Below the pieces are notes generated by a model, which was given only the letters and a program-made list of their open reading frames with translations, was not told the DNA's origin and searched no databases. From assembly GCA_051532035.1 (NCBI GenBank), contig JAOPTW010000013.1:61878-125877 (forward strand): a stretch of 64,000 bases of DNA. The letters run 5' to 3'. The stretch is from Fibrobacterales bacterium. GTDB taxonomy: Bacteria; Fibrobacterota; Fibrobacteria; Fibrobacterales; JAOPTW01. The position numbers were made by a program, and so were the translations under genes. Within the stretch, counting starts at the first letter, position 1. Each line of letters begins with the position of its first letter. Positions 38,139-46,826 of this stretch are shown in pieces.

Positions 38139-38272
38139 GAAAATGTTACTAGAGCAGGCAGAGTTACCCAATGAGACATATGGATCTTATACAACCCTTA
38201 GAGAAACTAAAAAGGATCAGTTCTTCTTTCAGTTACGTTCACGTATACTAAATTGAGGAATGAGAGGCACTT

Positions 38273-39103
38273 ATGATTTCGGTATATGATTATTCTGATT
38301 ATCGACTTTTTTTGAGAGACCATCAAGCGATGAAGTCTACTCAAAACCGATCCTTCTCATGGCGCTATTATGCGCAAAAAGCTGGCATTAACTCAACATC
38401 ATTTTATACACAAGTCGTTAAGGGAAACAGAAACCTTACGAAAGAGACTATTTTAAAAACCTGTATTGCTTTTGCCCTCGGTGATGAAGAAGCTGAGTAT
38501 TTTGAAAACCTAGTATCATTTAATCAAGCAAAATCTATCAAAGCACAACAGATCTTTTTTGAAAAAATAATCGAACAACAAAAAATAAGAAATATTAAAC
38601 ACCTGAAAGAAGAGCAGTTTGAATATCTCTCTGCATGGTATCACAGTGCAATCCGTGAAGCGGTGCTTATATTTGATTTTAAAGGGAACTACGCTGCCCT
38701 TGGGCAATTTTTAAAGCCTTCAATCCCTGCAAAAGCAGCTCAAGATTCCGTTGAGCTCCTCCTACAACTTGGATTTTTAAAACAAGATAATGGCACGTTT
38801 ATGCAAACGGAACCAGCTCTGAGTAGTAGTCACCAAAACAATTTTAGCTCTCATCAAGTGGTGAACTATCAAATAGAGATGCTTCAAATGGCCATTGCCT
38901 CATTTGACCGATGGAAACCCAGAAAACGTCTTTCTTCAGCAACCACCTTAGGTTGTACAAAAGAGAGTTACTCTCAAGCGGTTGATATAATACGAGACTG
39001 TCGTTCGAAACTCACGAAACTCGCCTTAAATACCACAGTAGCAGAACAGGTTTATATGCTGAATATTAACTTTTTTCCATTGAGTGATCATCACGAAGAA
39101 TAG
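38273..39103 (+). CDS. TIGR02147 (DUF4423) family protein
   Basis: N-terminal YSDYRLFLRDHQAMKSTQNRSFSWRYYAQKAGINSTSFYTQVVKGNRNLTKET and the overall length match my recollection of the family first defined in Fibrobacter succinogenes. Confidence 0.75.
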   Translation: MISVYDYSDYRLFLRDHQAMKSTQNRSFSWRYYAQKAGINSTSFYTQVVKGNRNLTKETILKTCIAFALGDEEAEYFENLVSFNQAKSIKAQQIFFEKIIEQQKIRNIKHLKEEQFEYLSAWYHSAIREAVLIFDFKGNYAALGQFLKPSIPAKAAQDSVELLLQLGFLKQDNGTFMQTEPALSSSHQNNFSSHQVVNYQIEMLQMAIASFDRWKPRKRLSSATTLGCTKESYSQAVDIIRDCRSKLTKLALNTTVAEQVYMLNINFFPLSDHHEE

Positions 39104-39140
39104 AGAATACATAGAATAATAGTTGAGACCAAAAACAAAA

Positions 39141-39184
39141 AAGCTCACTATGACTTTTCCCCAATGGATTGTCATAGTGAGCTT
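39141..39184 (-). terminator. Bidirectional rho-independent terminator
   Basis: AAGCTCACTATGAC-16 nt-GTCATAGTGAGCTT is a 14-bp perfect stem. An A-run precedes it on the plus strand, giving a T-run after the hairpin on the minus strand. Confidence 0.7.
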
Positions 39185-39218
39185 ATTTACTCTATGGTTT
39201 TATTCTTTTGTATTAGTT

Positions 39219-41969
39219 CTATTTAATATAAAAGATTTGTTTAAATGGTGCAGATGCGCCATTAGATATTTTCAAGAAGTAAATGCCATTATCGAGTGAA
39301 CGACCAAATGATAACTCATTGTACCCCTCATTTTGAGAGTGGTTCAAGTCGAGTACTTTAGTACCGTTAATAGTAAATACTTGTACATTACTTGCAGACG
39401 CTTGTGACGCACTATACGTGAGGCCTGATTGTGTAACGTTGTGTACTGCCGCAATTGATGATTGATCAATCATTGGTGCAATAATACCTTGTTTATGTAA
39501 AATCGATCCATTGAAACTATTGATACATTGTCCAAGGGTTGCGTATTCAACGTAGACCATCTCATCACCACTAGCACCTGGGAACCACATGCCGTCAGCA
39601 AAAACATTGAAATGGACATATTTACCTGTGTAGTCGTGTACCGCATCGTCAAAAGAGTATACTGTACCATTCTGAGCTGTTGCTGGTGCATTTGCAAAAT
39701 AGAGACCTGTTGAACCTACATTACCCTCGCCAATAAAGAAGCGCGGATCAGTATATTCAATTTCGGTATCTATAAGCAGACGAACACCACCATTATCAAG
39801 TGTACATGCACAGATGCTCTCATCACCACAAGCTGTTTGTGGAATTGAGCTTGAGCTCGACATAACTGATGATGAGGACACTACAGATGAAGAAGATACC
39901 ACAGAGCTACTACTAACCACAGAAGATGAACTTACTTCTGATGATGATGGTGCTTCTGAACTACTGCTCATCTCTGATGAAGAACTCACCGGACCAGAAC
40001 AAAGGTTCATGTCTGATTCATTTACGTAGAGCATTTGAGCGCCGCCAGTACCAGGATACCAGTTGCCTTCAGCATACATATTGAAGTGAATTGTTTTACC
40101 AGCATAGTCATGTTCGGTTTCGTCAAAGTAGAATGCAGTTCCTTCAGTAGAAGTTGCATTTACGTTTGCATGATACAGACCATTAGAGCCAATGCCACCT
40201 TCACCAATAAAGAATCTAGGATCAGCAGATGCAGAATTATTATCAAACACTACACGTACAGTACCGTTATCAAGTTTACATGCGCAGATTTCATCTTCGC
40301 CACATACAGAACCAGGAATGGTACTTGAACTTGATACAATCACAGAACTACTGCTTTCGATCGATGAAGAAGATACCACCGAAGAAGAGGACACTACAGA
40401 TGAAGAAGATACCACAGAGCTACTACTCACTACAGAAGAAGAACTTACTTCTGATGATGATGATGGAGCTTCTGAACTACTGCTCATCTCTGATGACGAA
40501 CTGACCGGCCCTGAACAAAGGTTCATGTCTGATTCATTTACGTAAAGCATTTCAGCACCACCGGTACCAGGATACCAATTGCCTTCAGCATACATATTGA
40601 AGTGAATTGTTTTACCAGTATAGTCATGTTCAGTTTCATCAAAGTAGAATGCGGTTCCTTCAGTAGAAGTTGCATTTACATTTGCATGGTACAGACCATT
40701 GGAACCAATGCCACCTTCACCGATAAAGAATCTAGGATTAGCAAATGTAGAATTATTATCAAACACTACACGTACGGTACCGTTATCGAGTTTACATGCG
40801 CAGATTTCATCTTCGCCACATACAGAACTAGGGATGGTACTTGAACTTGATACAATCACAGAACTACTGCTTTCGATCGATGAAGACGATACCACAGAAG
40901 AAGAGGACACTTCAGATGAAGAAGATACCACAGAACTACTACTCACTACAGAAGAAGAACTTACTTCTGATGATGATGGAGCTTCTGAACTACTGCTCAT
41001 CTCCGATGACGAACTGACCGGACCTGAACAAAGGTTCATGTCTGATTCATTTACGTAGAGCATTTCTGCACCACCGGCACCAGGATACCAATTGCCTTCA
41101 GCATACATATTAAAATGTATTGTTTTACCAGCATAGTCATGTTCGGTTTCGTCAAAGTAGAATGCGGTTCCTTCAGTAGAAGTTGCATTTACGTTTGCAT
41201 GGTACAGACCATTAGAACCAATGCCACCTTCACCAATAAAGAATCTAGGATTAGCAAATGTAGAATTATTATCAAACACTACACGTACGGTACCGTTATC
41301 AAGTTTACATGCGCAGATTTCATCTTCGCCACATACAGAACTAGGAATGGTACTTGAACTTGATACAATCACAGAACTACTGCTTTCGATCGATGAAGAC
41401 GATACCACAGAAGAAGAGGACACTTCAGATGAAGAAGATACCACAGAACTACTACTCACTACAGAAGAAGAACTTACTTCTGATGATGATGGCGCTTCTG
41501 AACTACTACTCATCTCTGATGACGAACTGACCGGCCCTGAACAAAGTTCTAAGCTTGTCTGGTCGAAATAGCCAAAGTCGTTGCCTCCTGTGCCCGGTGT
41601 CCACATATTGTCTGCGAACACATTGAAATGGATCGTCCCACCAATGTAATCGTGAGCCAAGTCATCAAAGTAACTTGCTGTGCCATGCACAGAAGTAGGA
41701 AGTTCATTAGCGTAGTAGAGTGCTACTGAGCCAATGCCGCCTTCACCAATGAAAAAACGTGGTTGTGCGTGCGCTGAAGCATCGTCAAAAATGACACGAA
41801 CTCCGCCATCGTCGAGTTTACAGGCGCAGAGGGCGTCTGACCCACATTCAGTTTGTATTATATCATCTTTTGGAGTGTTGCTTATAGTTTCGGCAAATAG
41901 AACCATTTGCGAAATCATAATCAAAAACACTATTTTTTTGAGTTGTGATAACTCATATATGCTTTTCAT
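39219..41969 (-). CDS. Secreted T9SS-cargo-like protein: 5 copies of an unrecognised Cys-bracketed ~105-aa module separated by poly-Ser linkers, plus a C-terminal sorting domain
   Basis: A signal peptide opens the protein. The module is C.(D/E).(I/L)CAC.LD.G.VR...PRFFIGEG.(I/V)GS.GLY.AN...HDY.G..(I/V)HFN(M/V)(Y/F)A(E/D)..W.PG..G...C. The C-terminus NGIYFLKISNGASAPFKQIFYIK is typical of T9SS type A CTDs. Confidence 0.85.
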   Translation of the reverse strand: MKSIYELSQLKKIVFLIMISQMVLFAETISNTPKDDIIQTECGSDALCACKLDDGGVRVIFDDASAHAQPRFFIGEGGIGSVALYYANELPTSVHGTASYFDDLAHDYIGGTIHFNVFADNMWTPGTGGNDFGYFDQTSLELCSGPVSSSSEMSSSSEAPSSSEVSSSSVVSSSSVVSSSSEVSSSSVVSSSSIESSSSVIVSSSSTIPSSVCGEDEICACKLDNGTVRVVFDNNSTFANPRFFIGEGGIGSNGLYHANVNATSTEGTAFYFDETEHDYAGKTIHFNMYAEGNWYPGAGGAEMLYVNESDMNLCSGPVSSSSEMSSSSEAPSSSEVSSSSVVSSSSVVSSSSEVSSSSVVSSSSIESSSSVIVSSSSTIPSSVCGEDEICACKLDNGTVRVVFDNNSTFANPRFFIGEGGIGSNGLYHANVNATSTEGTAFYFDETEHDYTGKTIHFNMYAEGNWYPGTGGAEMLYVNESDMNLCSGPVSSSSEMSSSSEAPSSSSEVSSSSVVSSSSVVSSSSVVSSSSVVSSSSIESSSSVIVSSSSTIPGSVCGEDEICACKLDNGTVRVVFDNNSASADPRFFIGEGGIGSNGLYHANVNATSTEGTAFYFDETEHDYAGKTIHFNMYAEGNWYPGTGGAQMLYVNESDMNLCSGPVSSSSEMSSSSEAPSSSEVSSSSVVSSSSVVSSSSVVSSSSVMSSSSSIPQTACGDESICACTLDNGGVRLLIDTEIEYTDPRFFIGEGNVGSTGLYFANAPATAQNGTVYSFDDAVHDYTGKYVHFNVFADGMWFPGASGDEMVYVEYATLGQCINSFNGSILHKQGIIAPMIDQSSIAAVHNVTQSGLTYSASQASASNVQVFTINGTKVLDLNHSQNEGYNELSFGRSLDNGIYFLKISNGASAPFKQIFYIK
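39830..41560 (-). repeat. Tandem ~507-522-bp coding repeats (module + Ser linker); three central copies are near-identical
   Basis: Shadow ORFs recur at 40192, 40699 and 41221. For example, 40501-40560 against 41011-41070 differs at only a few positions. Confidence 0.85.
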
Positions 41970-42238
41970 ATGTGTCTGTTTCCTTTTTGTGTGTTGTGTT
42001 GTGTTGTGTTATAACTATAGAGGAGAATTTTTCAACAACATTTTAAATAGACAATGACAGAAAAGCCCAAAGTCTTAATTTTAGGCAGAAAACTAGATAT
42101 CTGAGAGATTTAGTTTAGATGGTGGGGGGGGTGAAAATGTCTGCATGAGGAGTTACTGTTCACAATTTGTTGTAGTGACAGATACAAAATACATAGAGGA
42201 AGCATGTATTGAGATGCTCCTCACTTATGTAGGAGGTA

Positions 42239-44077
42239 CTACCGAAGCACTCCTACCCTCTCAAGAAATGAATAGTCGACATTGGTACCGCTCAAATGTC
42301 CTTTTACAATATAGACGCCAGACCCGACCATTCTGTTGTGAAAGTCCTTGCCGTTCCACTGTATAAACACACTCTGGTTATACTGCCTACAGGTATTTTG
42401 GGTCGTTGATTGATCAACGGTAAAGGGTACGGGACTTTCAAACGTATGGACAAGAGTACCAAGGTTTGAGTACACCTGGAGAGTTACCCAATAATCATTT
42501 GGTGTGTCTGGCAATTCAGAAATATCTGATGAACAGAGGTCAAGGGTAAACGCGACTCCAAGAGGTTCAGCTCCATAGGTTACTAGGATGTCATCATGTG
42601 CGGTAACCCTTGGGTGTAACGAGACAATAAAGTCATCGTTAAGATAATACTCGCCATTGAGGTGCGCATAGTCATAGGTTCTTAATCCCACTATTCCTAG
42701 GGTTTTTACAGCAGGCTTCTTTGTCTCAGTGGAGGATTCATTGAATTCACTTGATGAAGATAGGAAAGGATCACTACCATCAGAATAGGGTTCGTCACTA
42801 TCGTAAAAAGAGGATTCATTGCTGTAAGGATCAGGGCTAATCACCGAAGGCAGATTCTCATAACTACTAGGCATACCAAGTACTTGTAAAGAAGAACTCA
42901 AGACTCCAGAGCTGTTGTTACTACTATTGCCACTGCTACTAACACTTAGCCCATCACTACTGCTCACGAATGAATCGGAGCTGGATTGTAGCGCACTTGA
43001 TGAGAGTATTGCGTCACTTGAAGAAAGAGCAGGCTGAGTAACCGTGATTACAACGGGGATAGTATCTATAAAATGATCGTAGGTTAGATAGACGTCATAG
43101 CTATATGAATCCTGAGATTTGTACTCAACAATATGACCGGGACTAATGGTGAGTGAAGAACCCGTTAGTGTAAAGGCCGAATCGATACCGGAGTTATCAA
43201 GACTGGTTGATTGTACTACTGGATCAATATTTTTTAATAAGCCAACGGAGGTGCCCCCTACTTCCCCATTATCAAGAGTAAATTCTTGTTGTGGAAGCCT
43301 TTGCCCTTCATAACTTGGATCACCAAAATGGAGATTACTGATAAATGCAAATGAACCATCTATGTAATTTCCAATATCAGATATAATTAATTCGAGAGTG
43401 TGATTGCCTTGTGTGATAGGTTGACTAATACGTATGACCGAAGTCACACCCGGAAAAAATGGAAAGTAGTGTTCATAACTCCTATTAAATATATCATTAT
43501 GAACAGCGATAACATTACCATTGGGGTGATACGCGATATTATTATTGTCTAATAATGCAATAAAAACGTCATTAATACCCTCATCTGGGCCTAACGTCCA
43601 ATGTGGGCTGTGTGTGGTAAATACAAAATCAAAGGATACGTATTGAGAATCGCTCGGTATATTAAATTCCAAGGATAACTGGCTTACATCATGGGATGAT
43701 TGTTTTCGAATATAGCCATGTGATGCCGTGTCATACAGCGGTATATAATCAAATACTCTGAGATCTTCACCGTGATTAAACCAAAGATCGTTATACGTTA
43801 GACGGTCATCATGGTTTTCTAGCCAATCATTAGCTATTACCACACCATCTTTGAGCTGTGCACTTGCAAGTTGTGGAAACCCTGAAAATAAACCAATACC
43901 AGAATCATGGGCATTCACAGTAACATTTATCATCTGTACGCTCGAATCAGCGCCAGTGTGTAATTGATCCCAGAGCTCTTGCTCGGTTGCCCCACCGGTA
44001 ATATCAAGAGCACATAAATTAGAGACTGCTAAAGTAATAGCAATTAAAAGTGTCTCAACTAAGGTTTTAAGTTTCAT
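42239..44077 (-). CDS. Secreted protein: choice-of-anchor-L-like N-terminal domain, cadherin-like region, poly-Ser linker, FlgD-Ig/T9SS-like C-terminal domain
   Basis: A signal peptide opens the protein. LSLEFNIPSDSQYVSFDFVFTT...INDVFIALLDNNNIAY is choice-of-anchor-L-like. The C-terminus is WNGKDFHNRMVGSGVYIVKG. Confidence 0.6.
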   Translation of the reverse strand: MKLKTLVETLLIAITLAVSNLCALDITGGATEQELWDQLHTGADSSVQMINVTVNAHDSGIGLFSGFPQLASAQLKDGVVIANDWLENHDDRLTYNDLWFNHGEDLRVFDYIPLYDTASHGYIRKQSSHDVSQLSLEFNIPSDSQYVSFDFVFTTHSPHWTLGPDEGINDVFIALLDNNNIAYHPNGNVIAVHNDIFNRSYEHYFPFFPGVTSVIRISQPITQGNHTLELIISDIGNYIDGSFAFISNLHFGDPSYEGQRLPQQEFTLDNGEVGGTSVGLLKNIDPVVQSTSLDNSGIDSAFTLTGSSLTISPGHIVEYKSQDSYSYDVYLTYDHFIDTIPVVITVTQPALSSSDAILSSSALQSSSDSFVSSSDGLSVSSSGNSSNNSSGVLSSSLQVLGMPSSYENLPSVISPDPYSNESSFYDSDEPYSDGSDPFLSSSSEFNESSTETKKPAVKTLGIVGLRTYDYAHLNGEYYLNDDFIVSLHPRVTAHDDILVTYGAEPLGVAFTLDLCSSDISELPDTPNDYWVTLQVYSNLGTLVHTFESPVPFTVDQSTTQNTCRQYNQSVFIQWNGKDFHNRMVGSGVYIVKGHLSGTNVDYSFLERVGVLR

Positions 44078-44300
44078 AAAAAGTCCGTATAAAGTAATAG
44101 TGTTATGTAGGTATAACTCTATGTTCCAACCTAACGTTAGGAACTTTCCCTCAAATGAAAACCTTCTTGAATTATTCAGCTAAACAAACGTTCACTATCG
44201 GTGAACACAGTGTAGGATTCATTAGATTGGATGGAGGTAAGGTACTCTATTTTTTGATTGTTGTCTGTGACGGTGATCACGTATTTCTGGGTACAAAAAA

Positions 44301-44334
44301 AGGCTGTCTCAATAAATGAGGCAGCCTTTAGACA
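44301..44334 (-). terminator. Rho-independent terminator of the SWIB gene
   Basis: On the minus strand, AAAGGCTGCCTC-loop-GAGACAGCCTTT is followed by TTTTTGTAC. Confidence 0.65.
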
Positions 44335-44348
44335 TTCGTAATCAAAAA

Positions 44349-44678
44349 TTATGCTACGACGTTTGCTCCAACAACAGCAGCCATCTGCATCATGTTGATT
44401 GTCTCGCCTTCTTTGATATTTCTAAGGTCAGTCAAGTTACCAGATTTACTGGTAGAATTTGTGTTTTTGAAAATAGTCTGAAGTTTTGCATCAGCAACAA
44501 TATATTTACCTGCATTTTCAGCTTTGCCATTTTCAGATTTAGTCTGAAGCCCGTTTTCCTTAATATAATCCCACAGCTTTTTTGTAATTTCTGTACGAGG
44601 AAGTTCTTTTGCACCCAAAAATTCTGCCAACTCTTCTTTTAGTGTTACTGGTTTGTTCAACCCTTTAGCTTCAGCCAT
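44349..44678 (-). CDS. SWIB/MDM2 domain protein
   Basis: LKEELAEFLGAKELPRTEITKKLWDYIKENGLQ...IVADAKLQTIF matches the SWIB signature. Confidence 0.7.
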   Translation of the reverse strand: MAEAKGLNKPVTLKEELAEFLGAKELPRTEITKKLWDYIKENGLQTKSENGKAENAGKYIVADAKLQTIFKNTNSTSKSGNLTDLRNIKEGETINMMQMAAVVGANVVA

Positions 44679-45267
44679 ATTGTATACCTTATTTTAAAAT
44701 TTTAAGAAATCTTATGGGAGACTCAAAACTCTACCCATTTCGATTCTAAAGTTCACTGGAGAGATGTTCCCACCTGGAAATTTAGTTTCACCTGGGAAAG
44801 TATAGCAAATTGGTGAATTCAAAACAATATATTAGCGAAATGGTAGCATCTGCGTGTGTTCCATCATTATATAACACAAATGTCGTGTTTTTAGCCTAAA
44901 AAGGGATAAATCTTTATGTTCTGAACAATATTCGATGGAGCTTGAAGGACAGAAAAGCCATTTATAGCAACGATAGCCAATGAAAAAAGTAGCTATCCCA
45001 AATAAAAAGATGTTTACCCTCGGCTTTATGATATCAATATCCCATTATACAATGGTAAGGTTTTTGGTCATTTGTGAAATCAAACATCTCAATCGCACTT
45101 AACTTTTGAGGGTCGATAGCTATATTCTTCTTTTACAACCATTACTGAGAGCCCGGTGTATACAACTCATAACGGCATAAAATCAGAAATTGAACCTAAT
45201 GATAATCGTGCCATTCCTACATGTCGTTCGGATGACACATACAAAGACTTTTTTAAAGAGAGCAACA

Positions 45268-46821
45268 ATGCTTAAAACACTTCTTACCTACTCTTTTCCT
45301 ATACTCTTCTCTCTGCTTGGTTGCGGAAGCGCCCAACATTCGGATGAGTTTTATGGCGCCCCCATTCAAGAAAATGAAGTTCTTACTGACTCACGTGACA
45401 GCTATGGTAAAAATAGTGTTGCCGTTTGGACTCCCCTTACCCCTTTTGAAGAAAAGCTCATTTCCACAGAAAACTCTAACTATCGTACTCTGCTTGGGCT
45501 TGGACTCGCCGCTTCTGGTGATGTTCGGACACTTGAACAGTTTAATACTGCATTAAAAAGGATTGATATATTTATAAAACGATTGTCTCCCATGATTGCC
45601 AAGCAGCCTACATTTCAAAAACGGGGCGAAATTCTATTTAAAGAGATGCAAAAATCTTTTTATCCACAGATTTTAATTGATAACTCTGCCTATGATTTTG
45701 ACCAATCTAAGCTTACGACCTTGCTCGATTCAGGTGCCTACAATTGCATAAGTAGCGCGTTACTCTATGCGCTTCTTGCAGAACGCTTTAATCTGAATCC
45801 TCAAGGGGTCATACTTCCAGAACATGCGTATATTCAAATTGAAGATGATGCCAATACTATTATTGAGGTCGAAACAACGTCATCTAGGGGTTTTAATCAG
45901 GTACACGATGAAACATTTTATAAGCAATATGAATCGGGATGGTTTTTTAATAGTGGAACCGCCCCCTTGACTTATGAAGATTATCTAAACAGAACTTTTC
46001 TTACCGTTGATCAGCTGGCTAAAAAGAATTTTTCAAATCAACACACAAGTTATCGTTTTACGGGCCTTACAGATAGGTTACGACTTATTGAGCTGCGGTA
46101 TCAGTTCAACCGGTCTGATACTGCGGCATCTATAAATCTAATGTACTTTTACCAATGGGAATTAAAACACCTCATCTCAAAAAGAGACTATGCAAGCCTT
46201 GATCGTTTCATGAATATATTTAAAGTGAATGGAGCGTCAATAGTGAAAACATTCCCTAATGACAGTAATTTCAGTGAGACATTTACATGGGGGCTTTTAC
46301 AAAAAGCGGTTAGCTATCAAGAGAATCACAAATTTACCCAAAGTATGGACGAGCTTGAGCTTATGCACCATTATCTTGATTCTCTCGGGGTATCTACAGA
46401 AAAAGTGGAGAGTTATATTATTGGCCACTATCAATCGGCGCTGATGTATTTCGATTCTACAAAACAGTATAAGGAAGGGATGCTCTATCAGGATACTTAT
46501 GCGAGGCACTGTAGTAAGAATACAGTATGTTCGAGTACCCTTGGGCTTCTTACGTATAACTATTCAAATCAATTGTGGAATAAAAAGCAATGGGAAGAAG
46601 CAATCAAAATATACAATGTATTACTCGATGCTCCCTATCAAACACCACTTCAAGAACACTCGTTTACTAATCGAGAAGGTGCATACTACAATTGGGCTAT
46701 TGAGTATTCTAATAATCAGCAATGGGATGACGCTCTTGCTCTATTAGATCAATGCATATCCCTCTCAGAAGATTACCTCCAATGTGCATCTTTGAAAGAA
46801 AATTATTCTCAGAGAAAGTAA
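45268..46821 (+). CDS. Lipoprotein with transglutaminase-like (SirB1-like) core and TPR-like C-terminal region
   Basis: The internal start gives MLKTLLTYSFPILFSLLGC (lipobox). GAYNCISSALLYALLAERFNLNPQGVILPEHAYIQIE supplies the Cys and His of transglutaminase-like folds. Confidence 0.5.
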   Translation: MLKTLLTYSFPILFSLLGCGSAQHSDEFYGAPIQENEVLTDSRDSYGKNSVAVWTPLTPFEEKLISTENSNYRTLLGLGLAASGDVRTLEQFNTALKRIDIFIKRLSPMIAKQPTFQKRGEILFKEMQKSFYPQILIDNSAYDFDQSKLTTLLDSGAYNCISSALLYALLAERFNLNPQGVILPEHAYIQIEDDANTIIEVETTSSRGFNQVHDETFYKQYESGWFFNSGTAPLTYEDYLNRTFLTVDQLAKKNFSNQHTSYRFTGLTDRLRLIELRYQFNRSDTAASINLMYFYQWELKHLISKRDYASLDRFMNIFKVNGASIVKTFPNDSNFSETFTWGLLQKAVSYQENHKFTQSMDELELMHHYLDSLGVSTEKVESYIIGHYQSALMYFDSTKQYKEGMLYQDTYARHCSKNTVCSSTLGLLTYNYSNQLWNKKQWEEAIKIYNVLLDAPYQTPLQEHSFTNREGAYYNWAIEYSNNQQWDDALALLDQCISLSEDYLQCASLKENYSQRK

Positions 46822-46826
46822 CACTC

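Noticed and set aside
39814-41571. A series of plus-strand ORFs of 71-119 aa, rich in D/E/T (for example 40192-40545, 40699-41058 and 41221-41571), plus Cys/Phe-rich ORFs of 80-97 aa
   Set aside because: They are antisense shadows of the poly-Ser linkers and repeat modules of the 916-aa minus-strand gene. Their periodicity simply mirrors the ~510-bp coding repeat.
44316-44642. 108-aa plus-strand ORF and 60-aa minus-strand ORF overlapping the SWIB gene
   Set aside because: They are shadow frames of the SWIB-domain CDS, which has a clear domain signature, SD and terminator.
44981-45103. 40-codon ORF (MKKVAIPNKKMFTLGFMISISHYTMVRFLVICEIKHLNRT) and other tiny ORFs in the 44679-45267 and 48732-49214 spacers
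   Set aside because: They have no paralog, no SD and no conservation signal within the window, unlike the two micro-ORFs reported above.
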